Source: Bacteroidota bacterium
GTDB lineage: Bacteria; Bacteroidota; Bacteroidia; Bacteroidales; FEN-979
Length of the DNA: 64,000 bases
Direction of reading: 5' to 3'
NCBI GenBank assembly: GCA_043810345.1
Contig: JBDROF010000006.1
Coordinates: 6,603 to 70,602, forward strand
The number at the start of each line of letters is the position of its first letter. Positions within the stretch are counted from its first letter, which is position 1. Both the position numbers and the translations under genes were made by a program. Positions 17,429-25,865 of the stretch are shown piece after piece. The notes under the pieces were generated by a model. The model did not search any database and was not told the DNA's origin. It worked only from the letters and a program-made list of their open reading frames with translations.

Positions 17429-18214
17429 ATGAGCAATTACAAAATTATTATACTCACCCTCCTCCTCTGTGATGGGATACTGGCGGTTTCACAGGACATT
17501 CCCCTCCGTCCGGAGCCCCCGCGCCTGGTCAATGACCTGGCCGGGATCCTGACACCGGACCAAATTCAACAGCTGGAATACAAACTGGTCAACTTCAGCG
17601 ACTCCACCTCCACCCAGATCGCAGTGGTTACTGTAAAATCCCTTAACGGCTACGACAAAGCCGATTTTGCCTTCCGGATCGGGGAGCAATGGGGGGTGGG
17701 TCAGAAAGGAAAAAACAACGGCATTGTCGTGTTGGTTAAGCCAAAATACGGGGAGGAGCGTGGAGAAGCATACATTGCTATCGGTTATGGCCTCGAAGGG
17801 GTGATCCCCGACGCCATCGGGATACGTATCGTGGAGTATGAGATGATTCCGAACTTCAAGGAGGGCAACTATTTCGGGGGGCTTGATGCCGCCGCCACCA
17901 CCCTGATGGAGCTGGCCAGCGGCGAATTCACGGCTGATCAGTACGTGAATAAGACACAACGAAACCCCTATGCGATCTTTATCCCCATTCTGGTTTTGCT
18001 GCTGATCTTTTTCCTTATCCGCTCCAGTCGTGCACGCTCCCATTCGGTGGGCAAGAGCATTCCTTTCTGGACTGCTTTCTGGTTACTGGGGAGTATGGGT
18101 GGACACAGCGGCAACTGGAAGAATTTCTCCTCCGGCGGTGGCTCTTTCGGAGGCGGAGGAGGGGGATTCGGCGGAGGTAGCTTTGGCGGAGGCGGCGCCG
18201 GGGGGAGCTGGTGA
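17429..18214 (+). CDS. TPM domain-containing membrane protein (YgcG-like)
   Basis: Signal peptide, a TPM domain (LVNDLAGILTPDQIQQLEYKL...TQIAVVTV), a TM helix and a Gly-rich tail. Confidence 0.8.
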   Translation: MSNYKIIILTLLLCDGILAVSQDIPLRPEPPRLVNDLAGILTPDQIQQLEYKLVNFSDSTSTQIAVVTVKSLNGYDKADFAFRIGEQWGVGQKGKNNGIVVLVKPKYGEERGEAYIAIGYGLEGVIPDAIGIRIVEYEMIPNFKEGNYFGGLDAAATTLMELASGEFTADQYVNKTQRNPYAIFIPILVLLLIFFLIRSSRARSHSVGKSIPFWTAFWLLGSMGGHSGNWKNFSSGGGSFGGGGGGFGGGSFGGGGAGGSW

Positions 18215-18245
18215 GACGTAAGACGTGAGACGTGAGACGTGAGAC
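18211..18245. repeat. (GT[G/A]AGAC)x5 heptamer array
   Basis: Read directly. The TGA stop of the second TPM gene lies in the first unit. Confidence 0.95.
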
Positions 18246-18274
18246 GAGGATTATTGAATTTTTAATTCCGAACT

Positions 18275-18487
18275 TTGAATTTCCTGAAAAACGTTTGGCT
18301 CCTGTACTATGACGGCTTTCGTTCCATGACCGTCGGGCGGAACCTCTGGGCCATAATCCTCATTAAGTTATTCATCATCTTTGTACTCCTGAAACTTATT
18401 TTTTTTCCTGATTTTCTGGACACGAAATTTGAGAGTGATCAGGAGAAGGGTGAATATGTCAGGGATCAGCTGATCATCCGTGAGTAG
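18275..18487 (+). CDS. DUF4492-like small membrane protein preceding cydAB
   Basis: 70 aa with a TTG start. WLLYYDGFRSMTVGRNLWAIILIKLFIIF plus the position upstream of cydA match the Bacteroidota DUF4492 context. Confidence 0.6.
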   Translation: MNFLKNVWLLYYDGFRSMTVGRNLWAIILIKLFIIFVLLKLIFFPDFLDTKFESDQEKGEYVRDQLIIRE

Positions 18488-18539
18488 TACAAGAGTTTTT
18501 TTTATTTTTGAATGCTTCATTCATAATCCTTGACCCAGT

Positions 18540-20117
18540 ATGATCGATCAAATAGACCTGAGCATGGTAGATTGGGCGCGCGCGCAGTTTGCGCTGACAG
18601 CCATCTACCACTGGTTGTTTGTGCCGCTTACGTTGGGCTTGTCGTTCATTGTGGCCATCATGGAGACGATTTACGTCAGGACAGGCAATCCGGAGTGGAA
18701 GAAGATCACCAAATTCTGGATGATCCTCTTCGGGATCAATTTTGCCATTGGCATAGCCACCGGGATCATCCTGGAGTTCCAGTTTGGCACCAACTGGTCA
18801 AACTACTCCTGGTTTGTGGGTGATATTTTCGGCGCCCCCCTGGCCATCGAAGGGATCATGGCCTTTTTCCTTGAATCGACCTTCATCGCGATCATGTTTT
18901 TCGGCTGGAATAAAGTCAGCAAAGGATTCCACCTCACTGCTTCCTGGCTGACCGCGATCGGAGCCAACCTGTCGGCGCTCTGGATCCTGGTAGCCAATGC
19001 CTGGATGCAACATCCCGTTGGGATGGAATTCAATCCGGATACAGCCCGCAACGAAATGGTCAATTTCTGGGAGATCCTCTTCTCCCCGATGGCAGTAACT
19101 AAATTCCTTCACACCATCTCCAGCGGGTATGTGATCGCTTCCATTTTTGTGATCGGCATCAGTGCCTGGTTCCTGTTGCACCAAAGGCATGTCCTGACTG
19201 CTAAACGAAGTATCCTGGTGGCCGCTATCTTCGGCATCATCTCCTCCCTCTTCCTGGCGTTCACTGGCGACGGATCAGCCTTTACCATTGCCCAGAAACA
19301 ACCGATGAAGCTGGCCGCTATGGAGGGGTTGTACGAGGGTGAATCGGGCGCCGGCCTGGTTGCATTCGGGATCCTGAATCCCTCCAAGAAACCTGGCAAT
19401 AATGAAGATCCATTTCTGACGAAGATCGAGGTCCCACAACTCCTCTCCATCCTGGGATATCGTGACGCAAATGCCTTTGTTCCCGGGGTAAACGACATCA
19501 TCAACGGAGGATACAAACCCTGGTTTGAGAACATCCCCGAAGAGGAGAGAGAGATGACCTATTCGGTGGCTCAGAAGATCGAGAAAGGGAAGCTTGCGAT
19601 CGCAGCACTGAGAGATTATAAAACGGCATCAAAGGCAGGAGATACCATCATGGCGAAAATTTCACGGAATCAGCTGAAAGAGAATTTTGCCTACTTCGGT
19701 TACGGTTACCTCAACAAGCCCGAATCGGTAGTCCCCAATATCCAGCTCACCTTTTACAGCTTCCACCTGATGGTGATCCTGGGATTCTATTTCATCCTGC
19801 TCTTCATCGTGGTGCTCTATTTCCTCAACCGGGGGACACTTGAAAAACAACGGTGGCTCCTGTGGTTGTCGTTGTGGACGATTCCCCTTGTTTACCTGGC
19901 AAGCCAGGCTGGCTGGGTGGTGGCGGAGGTCGGACGGCAACCCTGGGTCATCCAGGATCTACTGCCTACCGTTGCCGCTATTTCCATGATCGACTCCTCC
20001 TCGGTAAAAATCACCTTCTGGATCTTTGCCGGGCTCTTCACCGCATTATTGATTGCTGAAGTGATGATCATGGTCCGACAGATCAAAATAGGGCCCAGAG
20101 ATGGAGGGCAAAAGTGA
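18540..20117 (+). CDS. cydA: cytochrome bd ubiquinol oxidase subunit I
   Basis: 525 aa with multiple TM helices, a Q-loop, and conserved FHWLFVPLT, GTNWS and AGWVVAEVGRQPW. Confidence 0.95.
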   Translation: MIDQIDLSMVDWARAQFALTAIYHWLFVPLTLGLSFIVAIMETIYVRTGNPEWKKITKFWMILFGINFAIGIATGIILEFQFGTNWSNYSWFVGDIFGAPLAIEGIMAFFLESTFIAIMFFGWNKVSKGFHLTASWLTAIGANLSALWILVANAWMQHPVGMEFNPDTARNEMVNFWEILFSPMAVTKFLHTISSGYVIASIFVIGISAWFLLHQRHVLTAKRSILVAAIFGIISSLFLAFTGDGSAFTIAQKQPMKLAAMEGLYEGESGAGLVAFGILNPSKKPGNNEDPFLTKIEVPQLLSILGYRDANAFVPGVNDIINGGYKPWFENIPEEEREMTYSVAQKIEKGKLAIAALRDYKTASKAGDTIMAKISRNQLKENFAYFGYGYLNKPESVVPNIQLTFYSFHLMVILGFYFILLFIVVLYFLNRGTLEKQRWLLWLSLWTIPLVYLASQAGWVVAEVGRQPWVIQDLLPTVAAISMIDSSSVKITFWIFAGLFTALLIAEVMIMVRQIKIGPRDGGQK

Positions 20118-21283
20118 TGTTTGAAACGATGTCGCTTCTCGCCTTACAACACTACTGGTGGATCATCATCTCCATGCTGGCCAGTTTCCTGGTCTTCCTG
20201 ATGTTCGTACAGGGAGGGCAAACGCTGATCTATACTCTGGGAAAAACCAAAGCTGAACGAACGATCATTGTCAATACGCTCGGGCGAAAATGGGAGTTCA
20301 CCTTTACCACGTTGGTGACCTTTGGCGGAGCCTTTTTCGCCTCCTTCCCCCTCTTCTACGCTACCAGCTTTGGAGGAGCCTACTGGATGTGGATGGTGAT
20401 CCTCTTCGCCTTTGTGATCCAGGCTGTATCCTACGAGTTCAGGACCAAACCAAACAACTTTCTTGGACAGCGCACGTTCGAGATCTTCCTCTTCATCAAC
20501 GGAGCGCTCGGGACCATCCTGATCGGCGTCGCGGTATCCACCTTCTTTACCGGCTCGGAATTCTCCGTTAACAAGCTGAACCTGACCAACATCACCAGCC
20601 CTGTCATCTCACGCTGGGAGGGTCCTGCCCATGGCCTGGAAGCGGTGTTGAACTGGCGTAATGTCGACCTGGGGCTGGCGATCTTCTTCCTGACCCGGGT
20701 ACTGGGAATCCTCTATATTTTGAATTCTGTAGATCACGAAGCCATCGCCAGAAGAAGCCGCAAACAGTTATGGGTCAATGCGATTCCTTTCCTGGTCTTG
20801 TTCCTGGCCTATGTGACCGCCCTGATGCTGGCCAACGGTTTTGCCGTTGCGCCTAAATCCGGTAAAGTGTTCCTGGAACCATACAAATACTGGCACAACC
20901 TGCTGGAGATGCCGGTAGTAGCTATTCTGTTTATCGCAGGAGTTGTGCTGATCCTTTTCGGGATCTTCCAGCCGCTGATGAGATTCAAAACCTGTTGCTC
21001 CAGAGGAATCTGGTGTGCAGGGTTGGGAACAGTTCTGACCGTTTTTTCCCTCTTTCTGCTGGCAGGATTTAATCATACCTCCTACTATCCCTCTACCTAT
21101 GATCTTCAGAGTTCCCTGACCATCATGAACAGTTCATCCAGTCACTATACCCTCACTGCCATGAGCTATGTTTCCCTGATGGTTCCGTTTGTCCTGGCCT
21201 ATATCATCTATGCCTGGAGGTCTATCAACCGGAAGAAGATCACGGAAGAGGAGATGGAAGAAGAGGGAGGACATACCTATTAG
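20114..21283 (+). CDS. cydB: cytochrome bd ubiquinol oxidase subunit II
   Basis: A 4-nt overlap (GTGATG) with cydA. 389-aa polytopic membrane protein. Confidence 0.9.
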   Translation: MMFETMSLLALQHYWWIIISMLASFLVFLMFVQGGQTLIYTLGKTKAERTIIVNTLGRKWEFTFTTLVTFGGAFFASFPLFYATSFGGAYWMWMVILFAFVIQAVSYEFRTKPNNFLGQRTFEIFLFINGALGTILIGVAVSTFFTGSEFSVNKLNLTNITSPVISRWEGPAHGLEAVLNWRNVDLGLAIFFLTRVLGILYILNSVDHEAIARRSRKQLWVNAIPFLVLFLAYVTALMLANGFAVAPKSGKVFLEPYKYWHNLLEMPVVAILFIAGVVLILFGIFQPLMRFKTCCSRGIWCAGLGTVLTVFSLFLLAGFNHTSYYPSTYDLQSSLTIMNSSSSHYTLTAMSYVSLMVPFVLAYIIYAWRSINRKKITEEEMEEEGGHTY

Positions 21284-21302
21284 GTAGCGAGGTAGCGAAA
21301 TA

Positions 21303-21327
21303 AATTCATAATTCGTAATTCGTAATT
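21303..21327. repeat. (AATTC[A/G]T)x3.5 heptamer array (preceded by GGTAGCGAx2)
   Basis: Read directly, just after the cydB stop. Confidence 0.9.
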
Positions 21328-21330
21328 AAT

Positions 21331-21453
21331 ATGTACACCATCTCCATCCTCTGGTACCTGGCCTGTCCGGTGCTGATCACCGTTACCACGATCATCATCT
21401 TGTACGCGGTCAAACAGTTTGATTTCAAAAATCAAAAAAGAACCGAATCATGA
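21331..21453 (+). CDS. candidate 40-aa single-TM peptide downstream of cydB (possible CydX-like subunit)
   Basis: Hand translation gives ATG...TGA, MYTISILWYLACPVLITVTTIIILYAVKQFDFKNQKRTES. It has one hydrophobic helix and is on the same strand, 48 nt after the cydB stop. It is below the ORF-track size cut-off. Confidence 0.3.
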   Translation: MYTISILWYLACPVLITVTTIIILYAVKQFDFKNQKRTES

Positions 21454-21475
21454 AACGAACAACTCTGATTTTGCT

Positions 21476-22120
21476 ATGGAGGCAATCACCGATTTTTTTG
21501 ACCTGCTAATCCATTCGGACAAACTGATCCGGCTGGGTGGGCTGACGTTACTGCTGCTCATTGTTTACATGGAAACCGGTGTCTTTTTTGGGTTTATTTT
21601 TGCCGGGGATGCCCTGTTATTCAGCGCCGGCCTTTTGTGCGGGACCGACTTGCTGGACGTCAACCTCTTTGTCCTTTTATTTCTGGTCACCGCCGCTGCC
21701 ATTGCCGGCAACCTCACCGGATATTATACGGGGAAATTTCTTGGGAAGAAGCTACATACAAAACAGGATTCCTGGTTCTTTAAAAAGCGACACCTGGAGA
21801 AAACACATCTCTTTTATGAAAAATATGGTGGGATGTCACTGGTCGCCGGGCGCTTTGTCTGGATCGTAAGAACCTTTGTCCCCATCCTCGCCGGAGCTTC
21901 CGACATGAGCTTCCGGAGGTTTAATTTCTTTAACATCCTGGGAGCATTCCTGTGGGTCTGGTCCATCATCCCACTGGGCTACCTGGCTGGCCACCTGATC
22001 CCGAATGCAGAGGAGAATCTGGAATACTTTGTACTGGCAATTACGTTGATAGCAACGATGATCCTTGTGCGGGGAATCTACAATGTATCCAGGCGAAAAA
22101 ACGAAGGTAGCAATTCGTAA
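21476..22120 (+). CDS. DedA/VTT family membrane protein
   Basis: ETGVFFGFIFAGDALLFSAG...AGRFVWIVRTFVPILAG. The start is taken at the first ATG (MEAITDFF); the track ORF begins at an upstream TTG. Confidence 0.8.
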   Translation: MEAITDFFDLLIHSDKLIRLGGLTLLLLIVYMETGVFFGFIFAGDALLFSAGLLCGTDLLDVNLFVLLFLVTAAAIAGNLTGYYTGKFLGKKLHTKQDSWFFKKRHLEKTHLFYEKYGGMSLVAGRFVWIVRTFVPILAGASDMSFRRFNFFNILGAFLWVWSIIPLGYLAGHLIPNAEENLEYFVLAITLIATMILVRGIYNVSRRKNEGSNS

Positions 22121-22129
22121 TTCGTAATT
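22112..22129. repeat. (AATTCGT)x2.5 heptamer array
   Basis: Read directly. It contains the dedA TAA stop. Confidence 0.85.
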
Positions 22130-22183
22130 AATTTAGAAGTCGTACCTTTACATCGTCAACCAACCAAATCATTTCCTGAGCTT

Positions 22184-25100
22184 ATGAAAAAAGTACTCCT
22201 TATTTGTTTAGGACTAATTTTCACAACATTAGTTGCGAAGTCGCAGTCCGCTGATCCTTCATCTGCTACCTTGAACGACGCCGCAGACTATCCTTACTGG
22301 ATAGCCATGATGCAGGATCCCAATGCAAACTTCTTTGAAACACAGCAAGCTTTCAACCGATACTGGGAACACCGCCCCATCACGAAAGGGTGCGGCTGGA
22401 AAGTATTTAAACGCTGGGAATACATGATGCAAGACCGGGTTTCGGCCGACGGAGTAAAACCAGCACCGGATTTCACGTATCAGGCCTATACCGACTATAT
22501 TCAACCTGTCCGTTCCACCGGGGGCGCCTGGACCTCTCTGGGTCCTTCCCAGATCCCGTTACCCGGACCGGCCGGTTATGAGGGATTGGGACGACTGAAT
22601 AACATCGCCTTCCATCCTACGGATCACTTCAAGTGGTTTGTTGCTGCTCCCTCCGGCGGGTTGTGGATGACCAGTGACGGAGGTGGCACGTGGGAGACCC
22701 ATACAGATACCCTTCCCACCCTTGGCGTATCTGCCATTGTGCTGGACTATACCAACCCGAATATCATCTACATCGGAACCGGTGACCGGGATGCCGGGGA
22801 TGCACCCGGATTGGGTATCTTTAAAAGCACTGATGGAGGTTACACCTGGGTTCAATCGACACTGGGAATGGGTGAAAAGACCGTCGGCGAGATCCTGATG
22901 CACCCCACCAACCACCTGATCCTCATCGCTGCCGCCAATGGGGGGATCTACCGGAGTACTGATGCAGGTGCTAACTGGAGTTTATCTACCCCGGGGAACT
23001 TCAAGGATATCGATTTCAAACCCAATGATCCCAATATCGTTTACGCAGCAGCAGGAGCAAATTTCTACCGCTCTTCGGATAACGGGGTAACCTGGACCCA
23101 TATCACTTCCGGCCTGACCAGCGGACAGCGTGGAACCATTGCTGTTACCCCTGCCAATCCAAACTATGTCTATTTTGTCCAATCAGACAACAGCAGCGGT
23201 TTCAAAGGCCTGTACCGGTCGACCGATGTGGGACTCACCTTTACCACCCGCTCCACCTCGCCGAATATCCTCGACTGGTCCTGCAACGGTTCCGGATCAG
23301 GCGGACAGGGGTGGTATGACCTTTCCCTGGAAGCAGATCCGGCGAACGCAGAGGTGATCTATGTGGGGGGGGTCAATGTTTGGAAATCGACCAATGGCGG
23401 AACCACCTGGAACATCAACTCCCACTGGTACGGAGGCTGCGGTGTGATGGCAGTGCATGCCGACTGCCACATGCTGAAATACTCGCCAGTTAGTGGGAAG
23501 CTCTATGCCTGCAACGACGGCGGTGTATACAACACCAGCAATGGAGGCACTACCTGGACCGATTATACCGAGACCATGACCATCGGACAGATTTACAAGC
23601 TGGGGCAGGCACAAACAATGAAAGAGAAGGTGATCAACGGCTTCCAGGATAACGGCACCTATACTTACCTGGTGCCCGAATGGGTGACTACCGGAGGAGG
23701 CGACGGGATGGAGTGCGTCATTGACTATACCAACGCTTCCTGGACCTACCATACCATCTACTACGGGGATATCTTCCGTAAGTACAACAACGGCAATGAA
23801 AAGAAGATCGCCGGGAACGGCACCTTTGGCATCAACGAGAGTGGCGCCTGGGTCACCCCTTTTATCCTGCATGAAACCAATCCTGAAGCGATGTTTGTCG
23901 GCTTCAAGAATGTCTGGAGAAGTGAAAATATCAGAGCTGGCAGCCTTACCTGGACTAAGATCTCCGATTTGGGCCTGGGCAACAACTGTGTGGTAGTGGA
24001 ACAATCTCCCGCCAACACCGATATCCTGTATGTGGCCAGGTATGATAACCGGCTCTTTCGCTCTGATAACTGCAACGCGGCAAGTCCCTCCTGGCTCGAG
24101 CTTACTTCGTTTTTACCATCGTCGGGTTACCCAACTGATGTAGAGGCTCATCCCACCGATCCTGACGTGGTCTACATCACCATCAATAACGGTGTCTATA
24201 AATCCACGGATAAAGGACTTACCTGGACCGGGATCACAGGCAATCTACCCAATATCCATCTCAACAGCATCACCTACTATAAAAATGCCATGGAAGGGCT
24301 ATATGTGGGTACCGATGCCGGCGTCTACTACAAAGACGCTTCGATGACCGACTGGATCCCCTTCAGTGATGGGCTCCCGGTTAGTGCTATCGTCACAGAA
24401 CTGGATATTTATTACGACGATACCATTGCCAACGATGCCATCCGTGCCAGCACTTACGGAAGAGGCCTCTGGGGATCCGATATGTACCATTCCGCTCCGG
24501 ATGCCGACTTTGAAGCTGATAAGACCACCATCCCTGTGGGTTGCGGGGTCAACTTTACTGATCTCTCCTACGGCGTGCCTACTGAATGGTTGTGGAGCTT
24601 TGCAGGCGGAACCCCTTCCTCCTCTACGTTGAAACATCCGGTGGATATCGTCTACAATGCCATTGGGTCTTACGAAGTGAAGCTGGTGGTATCCAATGAA
24701 GCAGGAACCGACTCCATTACCAAATCTGCTTACATCACCGTGAGCGATAGCCTCCTTCCCGAGGTGGATTTTACAGCCGATAACAATGTGATCTGTGCAG
24801 GCGAGGTGGTACACCTGACCGATCTTACCGAATACTGTCCCTCCTCCTGGAGCTGGCAGTTCTCACCCAACCAGGTGGTCTACCTGGAGGGAACCACTTT
24901 GAACAGCCAGAACCCCATCGTGATGTTCACCCAAAACGGAGCTTTCACCGTCACCCTGACGGCCACCAATTCAGTTGGCTCCTCCAGTACAACCAAAACG
25001 AATTTCATCATGAACGGAGGGTACCAGCTTCCCTTCACAGATGATTTTGAGACCGGGTTTGGAACCCAGTACTGGACCATATATAACCCTGATAATCAGA

Positions 25101-25846
25101 TCACATGGGATACCATTTCGGTCTCCGGAATTACCTCTGACAACAAGGCTGCCTGGATGAACTTCTACGATTACGTTTACATGTATAAGCGTGATCAGCT
25201 CATCAGCCCGGTGTTTGATTTCTCCAACTTCTCCAGTATCCTGCTCACCTTCCGCCATGCATATGCACAGCGGGACGTGTTGAAAGATTCCCTGATCATC
25301 CTGGTTTCCGACGACTGTGGATCAACAAATACCCGTGTTTTTGCGGAAGGACCGGATGGTACTCCCAATAGGTTTGTGACCCATGAACCCATGATGGACG
25401 CCTTCTACCCGGAAAGCGCCGACGACTGGTGCAGCGGAAGTTACGGCGTAAGCTGTTACGAAGTGGATCTCAACGCTTACTCCGGTAAACCAGATGTGAA
25501 GATTGCCTTTGAATCTTACAACCGCCGCGGGAATAACCTCTTCCTCGACGACATCACCATTACAGGAATCGTTGGGATCTCTGCCGGAACCGATCACTCC
25601 CATTCGATCCGGGTCTATCCAAACCCGACCAAAGGAGTTGTGAATATCTCGATCGACCGGCTCTCCGGAGTTGCCACCATGAAACTATTTACGATGCAAG
25701 GTCAACATGTGTGGTCAGAACAAATCGCGGAGGCAACCGGACCAGTCACCAGGCAGTTCGACCTGAGTTCGCTGACCAGAGGGATCTACTTCCTGAAGGT
25801 GACCACCAGTCAGGCCATCCTGGTAAAAAAGATCGTGAAGGAATAA
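22184..25846 (+). CDS. T9SS-secreted multi-domain protein (BNR/Asp-box beta-propeller, 2 PKD modules, C-terminal sorting domain)
   Basis: Signal peptide and repeated SxDxGxTW Asp-boxes (TSDGGGTWET, STDGGYTWVQ, STDAGANWSL, SSDNGVTWTH, STNGGTTWNI, STDKGLTWTG). It also has PKD-like WLWSFAGGTPSSS and a C-terminal YPNPTKGVVNISI...GIYFLKVTT. Confidence 0.85.
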   Translation: MKKVLLICLGLIFTTLVAKSQSADPSSATLNDAADYPYWIAMMQDPNANFFETQQAFNRYWEHRPITKGCGWKVFKRWEYMMQDRVSADGVKPAPDFTYQAYTDYIQPVRSTGGAWTSLGPSQIPLPGPAGYEGLGRLNNIAFHPTDHFKWFVAAPSGGLWMTSDGGGTWETHTDTLPTLGVSAIVLDYTNPNIIYIGTGDRDAGDAPGLGIFKSTDGGYTWVQSTLGMGEKTVGEILMHPTNHLILIAAANGGIYRSTDAGANWSLSTPGNFKDIDFKPNDPNIVYAAAGANFYRSSDNGVTWTHITSGLTSGQRGTIAVTPANPNYVYFVQSDNSSGFKGLYRSTDVGLTFTTRSTSPNILDWSCNGSGSGGQGWYDLSLEADPANAEVIYVGGVNVWKSTNGGTTWNINSHWYGGCGVMAVHADCHMLKYSPVSGKLYACNDGGVYNTSNGGTTWTDYTETMTIGQIYKLGQAQTMKEKVINGFQDNGTYTYLVPEWVTTGGGDGMECVIDYTNASWTYHTIYYGDIFRKYNNGNEKKIAGNGTFGINESGAWVTPFILHETNPEAMFVGFKNVWRSENIRAGSLTWTKISDLGLGNNCVVVEQSPANTDILYVARYDNRLFRSDNCNAASPSWLELTSFLPSSGYPTDVEAHPTDPDVVYITINNGVYKSTDKGLTWTGITGNLPNIHLNSITYYKNAMEGLYVGTDAGVYYKDASMTDWIPFSDGLPVSAIVTELDIYYDDTIANDAIRASTYGRGLWGSDMYHSAPDADFEADKTTIPVGCGVNFTDLSYGVPTEWLWSFAGGTPSSSTLKHPVDIVYNAIGSYEVKLVVSNEAGTDSITKSAYITVSDSLLPEVDFTADNNVICAGEVVHLTDLTEYCPSSWSWQFSPNQVVYLEGTTLNSQNPIVMFTQNGAFTVTLTATNSVGSSSTTKTNFIMNGGYQLPFTDDFETGFGTQYWTIYNPDNQITWDTISVSGITSDNKAAWMNFYDYVYMYKRDQLISPVFDFSNFSSILLTFRHAYAQRDVLKDSLIILVSDDCGSTNTRVFAEGPDGTPNRFVTHEPMMDAFYPESADDWCSGSYGVSCYEVDLNAYSGKPDVKIAFESYNRRGNNLFLDDITITGIVGISAGTDHSHSIRVYPNPTKGVVNISIDRLSGVATMKLFTMQGQHVWSEQIAEATGPVTRQFDLSSLTRGIYFLKVTTSQAILVKKIVKE

Positions 25847-25865
25847 AGGAAAATTGGGTTCCTGA

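Noticed and set aside
17489-18043. 184-aa minus-strand ORF opposite the second TPM gene.
   Set aside because: It is antisense to a gene with a signal peptide, TPM domain and TM helix in the conserved lemA context, and it has no motifs of its own.
23297-24004. 235-aa minus-strand ORF inside the T9SS BNR/PKD gene.
   Set aside because: It is antisense to a 1220-aa ORF with clear Asp-box, PKD and sorting-domain motifs. It has no recognisable motifs of its own.
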